Notes: generated by a model from the sequence alone, not told the origin. Positions 35,701 through 49,897 are shown, numbered from the stretch's first letter. The stretch: 64,000 nucleotides of DNA from Octopus sinensis (GCF_006345805.1 NC_043007.1:73284001-73348000), one strand, 5' to 3'. A program made the numbers and translations.

Positions 35701-38700
35701 AAAGATGGAGAGCATTAGTCAACAAACTGTCATACTCTGTCTACTTTACATTAGAAGAGTATTTCTCAACCATTTTGTGGTCCATGTCTCACTTTGATTT
35801 TTAAAAAAAAGAAAGAAAAAACTCTATGAATGGACATATTTTGTGTGTGTGTGTGGGGGGGGTTACTTTTCTGTTAAGGTAAGATCAGCAAAAAGTACTG
35901 CATCTGGTGAAAGTTAAATACTGTTTAATGTGCACAATATATAGTTATGAGCTACTCATAGTTTCATACATTGGAGATTTAGTCTAGGTACATTTTAATC
36001 ATATGCCTAGTATCTCTAAGCAGTCTTCAGGAGCAAAGTATTGTCATACTCTACCCTGAGTAACTCTGCATTAGAAACATGATGGATAAATTCAGATCTG
36101 TAGTTCATATGACATTAGGACCAGTATTCAAGGGCATCTCTACCCTAGCTGATTATTTGTGCAAGAAAGAAAAGGAGTCACTAAGTCAATATATTAGATA
36201 GGGATCAACACCAGAAAATAATTTAACTGAAAAAATCCTTGCATAAGCTGGGCTTTGACAACTTCCTCTGTAGGTGTAGTATACAGATGAACCCCAAATA
36301 GGGGACTTTAGTTAAGAAAGAACATTGTCTAAGGAGTTCATAATTTCCATTACATAATTGTTCCACAAGACAATAGGAAAGTGAATATATATGTTGATTA
36401 AATGTCAAGAATTAAATATTGCAGTTTACTTGGTTGGTGTGAAATTAATCCCTGAGTCAATGAAGATGACAAGGGCCAAGATGAATGATGATATACTTTG
36501 CTTGGGGAGACCCATCCACCTCAGCAGAAATGAGGTCCTATCAAGCCTTTCCCCACAACTCATCTCCTAACTGAGGCAACGCCCACTCAGGTGCTGTAAA
36601 TAATACCATTTATCCTGCCAACACTTCACATTGTATCCCTACTACTGTCCTCTTATCACCTCCTCTGCCTCCTCCTCCTTGATCGACTCCTATTTCCTTT
36701 CACTTCCCTGCTCTCAAACTGCTATTCACTGCAGATATTGGAGTCCAATGCAACCCACTGGTTTGTTCTCATTTTGTTGTCGCCCATGCCTCTAACATAC
36801 TCTCATATTAGTTATTCTCTCTTGTGATGCAAATTACTTATTCCACTTGAACCAGAATGTCATCATCATCATTACCATCAGCATTTAACTTCTCTTTTTC
36901 TATGCAGGCATGAGTTGGACAGATAGTTCAATAGGAACTGATGAACACCAGAGAGCTGTACCAAGCTTCTTTGTCTGCTTTGGCATAGTTTCTTCTACAG
37001 CTGGATGCCATTCCTAATGCTCAACCACTTTACAGTATGTACTGGGTGCTTGCCAAATAACTTGCTAGACAAAGTAAAGAAAAGAAAGGAAAAAGTTCCC
37101 CTTGACTGAATGGGAGTGCATTTGAGAGAGGAGGAGGTGGCTTTATTCCAGGTATTAAAGGCTAAAGTATGATATTGGGCAGATAAACACAGGTGTCTTG
37201 CTCTAGAGGAGATACATGGCTACCCCTACATTGTGCAAGGGTGAGTGGGAATAGCTGAAAGGGAGATGAAAATAGTGATGATGGGGTGCCAGAGTGTATT
37301 CTTAAGGTTCAAGGTGAGTATAAGGAAGAATGTATACAGTGGACCATTGAGTGGGGAAGAAAAGGGTGGGTAATTTTATGAGAGTGTGGGATGGCTGGAG
37401 ATGGGTCTAGAGGGGGATGTAGTGAGTGATGAACAAGGGTGGAGATATGGTTGATGGTTAATATCAGAATGGAGGGGAGGAGATGAGAGAGATAGAAGTG
37501 ACTCAAGAAGGTGACAAGTGGTGGCACAGAAGGAGTAAAGGGCAGCAGTATCATATATCTGGGTAGATAAAAAAATTAGGGAGATGGTGTGCAGGGTTTG
37601 AGAAAAGAGTGAGAGGGTGATAAACTGCAGAGGTACATAAGGGTATAGTGATCGGGTCACAAAGTTGGAGGAGGCATCAATTGCAGATATGAGAGAGTGT
37701 TAAAGATGCAGTAATGCAATCCTTAAAATGTCACTCAGAGGATTGGGAGAAATTACTGAAACCACAGAAGAGGGTAGAAAATAGTGAAAGAAAGAACAAT
37801 AATGAAGAATGAAGTTTAAACAGAAGTGGCTCCAGGAGTGGAGGAGTTAAAATAGCAGCACAAAAGATGAGGATGAAATATGTGCCAATTCTGCTCTCAA
37901 ATGATCGCTGCAGCTGAGTTGTACCTGAGCTAGAAGAGTGAAAGAGGAATGAGTGTGAGGAAATGCTTGACATGGGCAGGTTGAGTGCAGGACCCAGTAT
38001 GCCCAGGCACGAGCATAATGCTTTTAGGACCTCACTTTTGTCATAGCAGATGGATCTTCTCAAGCATAGCGAATTACCAATCATCTTGGTCCTCTGTCAT
38101 CTCCAGGATGCTGGACATCTTGAGATGAATTTTCACTACTTTGTCTCACATCTTCCTGGGGTCTCCCTCTTGCACAAGTATCACCCACATTTAGTGATCA
38201 GCACTTCTTTATGCAACTGTTCTAATCCATATGTAACACATGACCACAGCAGCATTTAATTCATACATACATTTAACAATATTTCCATCCATCAATCTTG
38301 AGTGATGGTAAGTTATGTTGGTGGATATCTGTTTGAAACTCCCTCCTAAACTGTTTTTGCACTTTTATGTTTTCAAACTTCCATCAGCACTTTAGGACAA
38401 ATTTCTTTTGTTGAAAGTTTAGTCTGGTTCCCTTTATTATTTCTAATGGGTTAAATCTAAAAAGAAATGAAAATTAAGTGAATTATCAGATGTTAAATTG
38501 TGCATACATTTTTGTGTGTGTCTGTGTACACACAGACACAGACACACACACACATACATGCACCTACCCACCACACAGGCATCCCCCCACAGCCACCCAC
38601 AATATAATCTTTACTAATATTATTTCTCAAGTTATAGCTTTCTCCGTCCTATATGAGTCAATACAAAAACCACTTTTTTATGCCTGTTTGCAACTAGCCA

Positions 38701-39318
38701 GCTTAATACAATAAAAACATGCACTTTTACTTTAATCAAAAATTTATCAATTCATATTGATATACTCAAGCTCAACTGATGGCCTTTTAGGATAATAAAT
38801 GTAAAGTTAATGGGAAATATTATCTGAGAATAGTTGTTATCTCAGTAAGTTAATAATTTATTGGAGGATGAGGTTGTTTTTTTTTTATTGTATTTTTTAT
38901 ATTTTTATATTTATTTCTCTGGCTTTATTTGAGGAAGAAGTGCAAGACCTCTGAAACTGAAAGAAGCTAAAAATTGGAAATTTGGTTTGAATAGTGGTAA
39001 AGGCACCAAAAAGCCAAGTGGGAGTGTTAAGCAGGATAAATGATTAAGCCTGATCCCCAAGAACAGGTGATGCCAATTTGATACATTTTTGAAAAGCTAA
39101 TGTCAACCCATGAGCTTCATTTAACCTGATCTTTGGTTGATGAAAACTATCCAAGATGCTGTGAAGTGGGAGCAGAAGGGCAGAAATAGAGATTATTAGA
39201 CTAAACAGCCTTTCAGTATTTAGAGTTGTTGCTTTATTGCCTGAATTTAGATCCTTCCAGAGTTGACTACATGTACTATACCTCCAATGTCAGAAAAAAA
39301 AATTCCAAATATATACTA

Positions 39319-39720
39319 GGCGTAGGAGTGGCTGTGTGGTAAATAGCTTTCTTATGAACCACATGGTTCCGGGTTCAGTCCCACTGCATGGCACCTTGGG
39401 CAAGTGTCTTCTACTATAGCCTCAGGCCAACCAAAGCCTTGTGAGTGGATTTGGAAACTGAAAGAAGCCCATCGTCTATATGTATATATATTTATGTATG
39501 TGTGTGTATATGTTTGTGTGTCTGTGTTTGTCCCCCCAACATCACTTTACAACTGATGCTGGTGTGTTTACGTCCCTGTAACTTAGCAGTTCGGCAAAAG
39601 AGACCGATAGAATAAGTACTAGGCTTACAAAGAATAAGTCCTGGGATCGATTTGCTCAACTAAAGGCGTTGCTCCAGCATGACTACAGTCAAATGACTGA
39701 AACAAGTAAAAAAGTAAAAG
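39319..39720 (+). mobile_element. S2 SINE, full length
   Basis: Matches 24671-25072. Confidence 0.92.
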
Positions 39721-40169
39721 AGAGTAGGGTTGACTTAATTGACTCTACTCTCACAACAGTGTGCCAGAGTAAGAAATCCTTACTTATTAAAATTTAATCT
39801 GAAGTATCTTTTGCTGGTAAAATCTGAAGTCAATCATAATTAACATCATCATCATTGTTTTAATATCCACTTTTCTATGCTTGCATGGGTCAGATGGCTT
39901 CATTTATCAAACTGCTGAGAGAAAGAAATTAGGGTGTTATGAAAATATTTACTAACCATCTGATCAGGGGGAACGTTGGCCTGCTCACCTAGCCAGCAGG
40001 GTGGTACCATTCAAGAGCTAAAACAATGTGAAGTATATTGTGACTAGCAATATATGACAACATCCAATGGTCTGGTCAATCATGTGATACCATGAAGTAC
40101 AAGTATATCTCAACTTATGTTGGTAGTCAACAACTTGTAGAATGATGTAACACAAAAAAATTTGGAAAA

Positions 40170-40545
40170 AATTACGAGCTCATAACTATTTTAATAAATG
40201 TATGGAAATTGTAGCTGTGATACCAGTGCCGGTGGCACATAAGAGAACCATCCGAACGTGGCCGTTGCCAGCGCCGCCCCGACTGGCCTCCGTGCCGGTG
40301 GCACGTAAAAAGCACCATTCGATCGTGGCCGTTTGCCAGCCTCGTCTGGCACCTGTGTCGGTGGCACATAAAAAGCACCCAATATACTCATGGAGTGGTT
40401 GGCGTTAGGAAGGGCAACCAGCTGTAGAAACACTGCCAGATCAGACTGGGCCTTGTGCAGCCTTCTGGCTTCCCAGACCCCAGATGAACCGTCCAACCCA
40501 TGCTAGCATGGAAAGCGGACGTTAAACAATGATGATGATGATGAT
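40170..40545 (+). mobile_element. S3 SINE-like element
   Basis: Tandem gtgccggtggcacgtaaaaagcacc units, conserved core, (GAT)n tail. Confidence 0.88.
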
Positions 40546-40764
40546 TTTCGCATGCATTTTATTTGATTTTCCGCTTCAGGATTGGTTTTTACTTTTTTTT
40601 TTATAATTTTCATGCTTTTAAAAATGTTCACTGGAATGGATGTAAAGCTGGATAATTCAACTGAAGTTTCATTTTTCCATTTATTTCTTAGAAAAATAAT
40701 GTTAAGTTAAAATGATATATCTTGAAACAACATTAAGTTGAAGAATACATGTGTGCGTGTGTAC

Positions 40765-41110
40765 ATCATCATCATCATCATCGTTGTTTAATCTCTGCTT
40801 TCGTTGAACAGTTTGACTGGGGACTGGCAAGCCAGAAGGCCACACCAAGCTCCAGTCTGATCTGGTAATGTTTCTATAGCTGGATGCCCTTCCTAATACC
40901 AACTACTCCAAGAGTGTAGTGGATGCCAGGTGGCACTGGCATTGGCCATGTTCAGATGGTGCTGTTTACATGTCACTGGCACTGGCAACGACCCATGCAT
41001 GAATGGTGCTTATTGCATGCCACCAGCACAGAAGCCAGTCAGGCAGCACTGGCATCGGCCAAAACTACAATTTCCATTTGATTTAATTTGATTTTGATTT
41101 TGATTTACTT
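40765..41110 (-). mobile_element. S3 SINE-like element
   Basis: As 728-1060. Confidence 0.8.
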
Positions 41111-41460
41111 GACTCAATAGGTTTCCTCAAGCACAGCATGTCACCCGACAATCCAAAGGTACTTTTTAAGTGGGCTGGTTTTGCAACACTGGTGTAGGCT
41201 ACAGCTGTGATCTCACTTTACTTGTCGGGTCTTCTCAATCACAGCACATCTCCAGAGGTCTCGGTCCTTTATCATTGCCTGTGTGAGGTCCAATGTTTGG
41301 ACCTCACCACCTCATCCCATGTCTTCCTGGGTCTCCCTCTTCCACGGGTTCCTTCTACTGTTAGGGAGTGACACTTCTTCACACAGCTTTCCTCACTCAT
41401 ACGCAGCACATGACCATACCAGCACAGTTGTCTCTCTTGCAGACCACATTTGATATTCTT
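41110..41460 (-). mobile_element. RTE LINE 3' fragment
   Basis: LQERQLCWYGHVLRMSEESCVKKC...GRGRPRKTWDEVVR. Confidence 0.88.
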
Positions 41461-41774
41461 ATGTTCAACATTTCTTTGTGTGTGTGTGTCTGTGTTTGTT
41501 CCCCTAGCCATCGCTTGACAACTGGTGCTGGTGTGTTTATGTCCTCGAAACCTAGTGGTTCAGCAGAAAAGACTGATAGAAAAAGCACTAGGCTTATAAA
41601 GAATAAGTCCTGGGGTTGATTTTTTTGACTAACACCCTTCAAGGTGGTACTCCAGCAAGGCCACAGTCAAATGACTGAAATAAGTGAAAGAATATACACA
41701 CATGCATACACATATATGTTTATATACATATATATATGTGTGTTTATATATATATATACAAACAATAAATTGTA

Positions 41775-43040
41775 GTCTAAATTGCTTGAAAATGAAAATA
41801 ACACTGACATCTCATTTTAACATATATTTATCAAAATTACATAAGAATATCTTGAAATACTAAAGAGTAGATTTATCCAATAAAATCGCCATTGGCTTCA
41901 ACTACAGCTTCCAGATGACTTGGGAATCTCCTGCAACTCTTCTAGATGGTTTCCTTGTTTAAGTTGGTGAATGCTGCCATAATCTTTACCTTCAGTTCAT
42001 CTTTGGTGCTACAAAGAATTTTATTTGTCTCTTGCTCAACTGCGCCCCACACATAATAATCGAAGGGGTTGCAGTCTGGGGAGTTAAGTGACCAGATGTT
42101 AGGGGTGATGTGGTCACAGAAATTGTCTGACAGCCATGACTGGGTTCTCCTGCTTGTGTGGCATGGTGCAGAGTCCTATTGCAAGACATAGGGTCTTCCT
42201 GTAGCCACCCTCTTTACACAGTGGCAGCTTTACCTCCTCTAGGCACTTGATGTAGGCCTCCATGTTGAGTCTGAAACCGTGTGGAAAGATAAATGGAGGC
42301 ATAACATTGCCATCACTAGTGATCACTCCAAACACCATGATGGTGACTGGATGTTTGATTTTTATGACTATTGGTACATGTTTTGATGACACGGCAAGCC
42401 AATGGTTGTTCTGGGTTGACCATCTGATCCTGATATAAATTTTTTTTGTCTGAGTAAAACTAAAGCATCTTCAGTTGGAGGCGATGCTTGAGTTTGTGCA
42501 AAAGCTACATAGTGCAGTCTTTACTCTTGTCCTCGATGGCTTGGGCTAAAAATTGGCCCTCTCCCATCTTGTATTAAGAACACCGAATGTCTTCATGCAC
42601 TATCAGCCTGATAAGAATCTGAGACACTCACATGACCCTGGTGATGGATCTGATTGACTTGGAAGGATTGTTGTCAATCATGGCCTGGATCTCACCAACA
42701 AATTCAGGAGTTCTTTTCTTATCAGAATGATTAGAGTGAGTTTTCCAAGCTGCCGTACCTTCGTAATCACCATTTGACTCATCCAACTTTTTGCGAAACC
42801 TCTGCACTATCCTCAGATTGACACCCAAACACTCTGAAATGTTTGTATTGGAGCTTCCGGCACAAATGCCAAGCAGTACAGCATATCATTTCCGAATTTC
42901 TGGCGGAGTGAATTGCATCATGGTGTTGATTTTCTCACAGACGGCACCCAATTGATCCTACTATACTGTGTAGTTGACAAACAATATGCAAGCATGAAAT
43001 TAAAAATATAAAATGGCAATAATTTACCCATCACACCCTG
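41775..43040 (-). mobile_element. Defective DD37D (maT) mariner-family transposon, about 1.27 kb
   Basis: TA|CAGGGTG end at 43040; IMVFGVITSDG; Q*DSAPCH...SPDCNPFDYYVWG with 37 residues between the last two Asp; stops and frameshifts. Confidence 0.9.
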
Positions 43041-43739
43041 TATATATATATATATATATATAATTTTTTTTTGAACATTGTCTCTCAAGGTGCATCACAT
43101 AAAACTATAAATAATGCTATTATTTGTAGCTTTATGTAAGACGGTAAACTGGCAGAATCATTAGCATGCCAGACAAAATGCTTGGCAGTATTTCTTCTGG
43201 CTTTGCATTCTGAGTTCAAATTTTGCCAAGGTTGATTTTGTCTTTCATCCTTTTGAGGTCAATTAAGTGCCAGTGGAACACTGGGGTTGACTTATTCAAC
43301 TTATCCACTCCCCTAAAATTGTTGGTTTTGTGCTAAAACTTCAAATCATTATTTATAGCTCTGTGTGATGTACTTCGAGAACCAATGTTTCAAAAAAGAA
43401 TATTTCATGTTCTCTTGAAAGTTTACAAAATTCTCATGTCAACAATATATATATATATATCATCATCATCATCATCATCATCATCCAGGCCCTAATTGTC
43501 TATTTTTACATGATTTCTACAGCTGGATGTAATACCAACCACTTTACAGAGTGTGCTAGGTGCTTCATACATGCTACTGATACAGGTGCATTTAGGTAGC
43601 ACCAGCACGAGTGCATTTCAAGTGGCACTGGTACAAGTGCATTTTACATGACACCAGCAGGACAAAGACCTCTCAGCTGGGAGAAGGAGTGGGGGCATGG
43701 CCATAATGGATATGCCTGTATGTATGGATTGCTGTGATT

Positions 43740-44860
43740 TTACTTAGCTTGATATGTCTTCTGAAGTACAGCAAATTGCCAAGAGTCCTTGTCTCTTGTC
43801 CTCTCCTCACTGAGGCCCAGCATCTGAAGATCCTTTCTCACTGCTTTTATCCCACGTCTTCCTGAGTCTACCCTCTATGCATCAGTTTTCCCCTTCCACA
43901 GGTTCTCTCCACAATTAGAGATTGGCTCTTCTTTATGCAGCTGTCCTCATCCATACATATCACATGACCAAATGAGTGCAGTTTTCTCTCTTGCACACAT
44001 CTGATGTCTCTTGTACCCAGTTTTCTTCTTAAATCATTTACACACTGTCATATATGCACTGTGGCCTTACTCATCAAGCAGAGCATGCTAGCTTCATTTT
44101 TTTCAAGCCTTCATAAGTTCTCTGTAGTCATAGCCCATGTTTCACTGCCATGTAGCATAGCTGCACACAGACATCATACAATCTACCTTCCACTCTGATG
44201 GAGAGGCCCTTAGTTACCAACAAAGGTAGTAGCTCTCTGAACTTTACTCAGCCCATTCTTATTCTAGCAATTATGCTTTCAGAATGTCCTTCTCCACTGC
44301 CAACTTGGTCACCTTTAGATTCCTGACCTAGTTTTCATATCTGAAATTTCTAGGTCAAGTAGTGATTCTTCCTTGGTTATCTCTAAGGCCCTTTGATTCT
44401 AGACCTTGCTTCCACACCTGAAACTCCTTATATAGTTCTGGTAGTGATTCAGCTACAAGAGCAAGGTCATCAGCATAGAGGAGCTACCAGGGGCAGCCAG
44501 TCTTGAATTCCTCTGTTATGGCCTGGAAGACTAAGGAAGACAAGAGGGTGCTGAGAATTGATCCTTGGTGAATTCCTGCTTGTACACTAAATTCATTGCT
44601 ATACTCATTGCCAACCTTCACCTTACTGGCAGCACCCCTGTACATGACTTATACAGCTCTCATCAACCACTCATCTATCCTTAGCTTCAGCATTGGTCAT
44701 CAGATAAGGGAGCAGAGGACCCTGTCAAAGGCTTTCTCCATGTCAACAAAAGCCAAGTACAGAGGTTTATTTTTAGGTAAATAATTCTCCTGCAGTTGCC
44801 TTATCAGGAATATAGCAACAGTCATGCTTCTTCCAGGAACAAAAACCAAACTGCATTCCC
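43740..44860 (-). mobile_element. RTE LINE RT fragment
   Basis: AIFLIRQLQENY...LYLAFVDMEKAFDRV; LLYADDLA at about 44461-44484. Confidence 0.88.
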
Positions 44861-44876
44861 TCTATGCACACACACG

Positions 44877-44916
<40 letters not shown>

Positions 44917-45786
44917 TCATCATCATCATCATCCAGTGTTTTAAATTTGGGTTTTGCCTCTGTTGACTGGGGTGGCCAGTCTACCTCAATGCCATAGCAA
45001 CTGCCCTCTCACCATCTAGCCATCTTACTTGGTTTTGGATGTCATCCTTTTTCAAACCAACCCTCCTAATCTCTCCCTCCTCCTGTCCCCTCCACCTTTT
45101 CATCAGTCTACCTTGCTTTCACGCTCCGTTTACCTCAAACACAATCACCTTCATCAGAACATGCTCTTCATTCATCCTCAACACATGCCCATACTACCTC
45201 ACTCCATTCGCCCTAACCAACCATTCCACCGATTCCTCCAACCCCAGCATTCCCATCAAATCCTCAGTCCTTCTCTTATCAAACAGCTTCACCCCCCCCC
45301 CCCCACACACACACATATATGACTGTGAAGACACATGCTCAGGATGGTTAAATTTTCAAGAAATTGATTTTGCAACTATGAAATAGTAAACATTTGATCC
45401 CACTGTGTGGCATCTTGTTAAATGTTGTTTTTGATAATCTCAAGTCAGCCTGTACCATGTGAATGAAATTAGGTATATAGAAACTGTGCGGAAGCCTGTC
45501 AGGAAGATAGTACCAGTAATTCAAAAACTACAGCCTTGTGTCAGGCTTCTTCTTCTCTTCATGTGTCCATGTGTCTGTGGAATAGCCATCCGCCTACATG
45601 TTAATTCAATGAACAATTGAATTCTTATCAAGTCTCTCTCCCACACACACACACACATTATTCTATGAGAATTTTTCATCTCCTGGCTTAGTTACCCTTT
45701 CCATAGCTTAGCATCCAATACACCCATGTAAGCTAAAAGCACACCTGGTTAGCAAACCAGAAATTTCTAAGTCCTTGTATTATAAA

Positions 45787-46620
45787 CAGGGTGTTTAGGA
45801 TAAATTTGACAGCATAAAAGGAAAAGAATATACAATGTGGCATTGAAAAATAAAAGTAGTTTTAAAAAATCAAAAAAATATCAAGTAGTTTATGGTTGGG
45901 AGGTAACAGTTTACTCAGAGTAACCACTCTCAGTTTCCACCACACCCTCAAGATGGCTCCAGAACTTGGTGTATACATTCCTCACTGTATCCTTGAGAAG
46001 ATCTGTGAACATCTTGGTCTTGGCCACCAGCTTGGCCTTGATGTTACAGGTAGAATGATTGGTACCTTTCTCAACCTTCCCCCACACATAGTAATCCATG
46101 GGATTTCAATTGGAGGAATTAGGAGATTAGAAATTGGGGCTGGTGAAGTTGTGGAAATATTCCAACGACAACTTTAGACTCTTTTGGGGATATGGCAAGG
46201 AGCCAAATCCTGCTGCCACACATATGGTCTTCCAGCAGCGACCTTGTCCAGCTCTAGCAGCTTCATATAACTGTCTGAATTGAACTAAGCCCTATTCAAA
46301 GATGTAGGGGATGAGTTCTTGAATGTAGACACATTCAGAATGCCTGCTGTGTCTCTTCCTGCTAGCCATGGCTTTGTAGTCTTTATGGCAGCTATCCATC
46401 CCCTACATCTTTGAATAAGGCCTAGTTCAATTCAGACAGTTATATGAAGCTGCTAGAGCTGGACAAGGTTGCTGCTGGAAGACCATATGTGTGGCAGCAG
46501 GATTTGGCTCCTTGCCATATCCCCAAAAAGAGTCAGAAGTTGTCGTTAGAGTATTTCCACAACTTCACCAGCCCCAATCTTTCAGCCTTTGCTATGTTCA
46601 CAGAGCATTGAACAGCAGTC
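45787..46620 (-). mobile_element. DD37D mariner 3' fragment with internal inverted duplication
   Basis: cagggtg end at 45787; MDYYVWGKVEK motif; 181-bp inverted arms 46133-46313 / 46397-46578. Confidence 0.85.
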
Positions 46621-47056
46621 AAAGATGTCAACATTTTGACACCCAGCACAAACCATTACGATACAAGTAAATGATTTCCAATATTCAGATGGCTTCTAGA
46701 CCATTATGTCAGCTAACTTTTTTTTCAACAACAGTTTTAATCGTTATGCTTTCTGATGTCATTGAGTGTTCACCAATACATCAGTCAGTTCCTGAAAAAA
46801 AAAAAAAAGGCTGGGGAACATAAAAAGTCGTCAGATTTAGCCTGAACATCCTGTATATATCTATTGAGTTCCTTTTCAAATCTTAAGCAGTTATTTGTTT
46901 GTAGTATTAAAATTAAGATCCACACAACTATTTTAGATTGACTCGTTTACTTCAAATTCTTGAATTGTTTTCCATGTCTAATACAGCTCTTAACTTCCAT
47001 ACTTCTGCAATTATTTCAATATTCATGCTAATGTATTTTCATTTTTCTCTTTCCAG

Positions 47057-47117
47057 GTGTCTTATATAACTGAAATGGCTTCTGCTGATAAACATGTTGG
47101 CCTCAAAAACCATATTG
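47057..47117 (+). CDS. Candidate 61-nt exon (VSYITEMASADKHVGLKNHI)
   Basis: Strong acceptor ttcatttttctctttccag; donor TTG|gtttgt; the other two frames hit stops immediately. Confidence 0.5.
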
Positions 47118-47591
47118 GTTTGTTTGTATATGTCACTGAACTGCCTGTCTCACCAAAGCCAAGTCTTTTGGTTGGATTAACCATTTTTCCTTTGCCAATT
47201 TCATATATCAATATGTGCGATAGTATGTATGTACGTATGGATGGATGGATGGATGGATGTGTAAATGAGAAATAGAATTCTTCTCAAAAAATATAGGTGA
47301 GATTGTTAATTTATTCAGTGCCAAGGCTTTGGGGAGTCAAATGTTACCATTGCTAGGAATGGGAAACTCAGAGTAGCAATGGAGTATGGAGTGAAATTAC
47401 TACATTACAGTTTGGAATGAAAAGATAAAAATCACAAATGTACATATTGTAAGTGAGAGTATGTATGTGTGCATGTGTGTGCATCTGCACATGTGGGGGA
47501 GGGGGCATGTTTCTCTAGGTATAACATGAAGAGGCATGCATATTCATATATATATATATATATATACCAACACATATAAATACATACATAC

Positions 47592-47627
<36 letters not shown>

Positions 47628-47860
47628 CATACATACATACATACATATATATATATATATACATACATATATATAAATACATACATACATACATATATAT
47701 ATACAAACACATAAATACGTACATACATATGCATACATATATATATATACACACACACACACACATATATATATATAGGTATGTATATATATATAACATA
47801 CCTATGTGCAGCATCAATACACTTGCATATAAATAATAATTTCTCGCTCTCTCTCTCACT

Positions 47861-47906
<46 letters not shown>

Positions 47907-48388
47907 GTGTGCGTGTGTGTGTGTATACAGACACATATAGTATATCTTGTGTCTCTACTTCCAGTATAGTGGTGTGGTTACTACTGTACCTAAGAGTATT
48001 GTTTGTTATGATTTACACCATAATAAACACAAATATATATATATATATATATATATCAATTGTCTCTTTGTACATTTCACTATTATGGTTATTTGCAACC
48101 TCTGTATTGGATGTTCCATGTGCATATTGATGCTTAACCACAACAGATCATCAGGGCAATTTGATCTATGTAACATAATGCAATAAATTGTTCCTAACTG
48201 AAGGTTAGAAATAGCCAGAATAGTAAAACATATGTAAGGAACAAATGATATAAAGTCGTGTTTTTCATAATTTCATCTTATGAACACACATATATGTAAG
48301 TGTGTACATAAACATAAGTACATATATATGTGTTTGTGTGCGTATGTGTATAAATATATATACATATATATATACTTATATATGTGCC

Positions 48389-48433
<45 letters not shown>

Positions 48434-48608
48434 ATAAATATTAGGGAATAAATCCAAATTTACAGGGAAAAAATCAGATTTAGGATTAAATCCAATTTTA
48501 TAGTAAAATATTATAAAATATTATTAGAGACAAAACCACTATTTTGCAAAACAAACAAGGAAAGACTTAATCAATACATAAAATTTTAATAAATAGTCAA
48601 AAAAACCG

Positions 48609-48651
48609 CCACTACAATTGTTTCTTGTCTTGATCGACAATCTTCAGGTGG
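48609..48651 (-). ncRNA. Mirror copy of the same hammerhead on the opposite strand
   Basis: Reverse complement of 48699-48741. Confidence 0.8.
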
Positions 48652-48698
48652 ACTTCCAATAAGTCTGTTTCATAATTTGAAACTGACTTATTGGAAGT

Positions 48699-48741
48699 CC
48701 ACCTGAAGATTGTCGATCAAGACAAGAAACAATTGTAGTGG
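48699..48741 (+). ncRNA. Minimal type I hammerhead ribozyme, intact core, GUA cleavage triplet
   Basis: CCAC-CUGAAGA-UUGUC(gaucaa)GACAA-GAA-ACAAUUGU-A/GUGG; predicted cut after 48737. Confidence 0.8.
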
Positions 48742-48828
48742 CGGTTTTTTTGACTATTTATTAAAATTTTATGTATTGATTAAGTCTTTCCTTGTTTGTT
48801 TTGCAAAATAGTGGTTTTGTCTCTAATA

Positions 48829-48883
<55 letters not shown>

Positions 48884-49103
48884 ATCTATTATGTATATTA
48901 TACTTATAGAATAAACTCTACATGTATCGAGTATTTCTGCTTGCTTGTAGACATAAAATATATAATACAGATAATATATGTACATATATTACTAGAATTA
49001 AAATGTATATATGTGAATACATTATATCATACTTGTACATAATATATTATGAGTGTGTGTGTGTGTGTGTATATGTAAATATGTGTGTATACAATATAGA
49101 TAT

Positions 49104-49155
<52 letters not shown>

Positions 49156-49859
49156 TGTATCATATATACAGACTAGCACACACATTAGTTTCTCTAGACA
49201 ACCGAAATGGAATGTACTGAATACATGTAGGGGATTAAATTTATTTCTTCAAAGCTTCTGGTTCATTCTGTTGGTTCTTCAGAATTCAAGATCCTTGCTT
49301 TAGTGGCTTCAATTAACTGACTGATCGCACTAAAGTGAGAAATGGGCAGTGTACCGTTTACGTTGTATCAAATATATGTATGCATGTATGTGTGTATGTA
49401 TGGAAGTATGTATGTTTATATATATATGTGTGTGTGTGTGTGTCTGCGCGTGTGTTTGAAGAAACAAATAGGAATGGCTTTCTGATCATTTTTGCACTTT
49501 AATAATTAGATGTTTATAAATTATTGTAAATGCCTAGAGATTTATAAGCAGCACTCAAGTGGAAAAATTATCAGAAAGCCATTCCTATTCATTTCTACAA
49601 ATATCTGTAATACTGTACCAAATATTCATACATACATGTGTGTGTGTGTGTGTAATACATATATGTGTATGTATATAAATCGTAAGTGTTAAAAATATAC
49701 TATGAAAGCAATATATACCAATAGAAAGAGGCTACACAAGAAAGACAAGTTTTAAAAAGTGTTTTTATTAGTTTAATGATTGAAATGAAGGGAAAGAATG
49801 ATGATGTTTCAGACACTTCTGTGTTGTCTTTGTTTTTTGCACTCATTGCTTGCATTCCT

Positions 49860-49897
<38 letters not shown>

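Larger units (their letters stand above)
48512..48838. repeat. Perfect inverted repeat, 154-bp arms, 19-nt spacer
   Basis: 48512-48665 reads as the reverse complement of 48685-48838 with no mismatch seen by eye; part of a (TA)n-flanked element starting at about 48430. Confidence 0.95.

Noticed and set aside
38934-38996. Possible exon GRSARPLKLKEAKNWKFGLNS
   Set aside because: Requires a rare GAG acceptor and has no other support.
40200-40380. Regularly spaced direct repeats (gtgccggtggcacgtaaaaagcacc) resembling a CRISPR array
   Set aside because: Internal tandem units of the S3 SINE-like family in a eukaryotic context, with variable spacing and no cas genes.
44461-44490. CTGATGA strings here and at 20566
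   Set aside because: They are RT YADD/FADD codons with no hammerhead helices.
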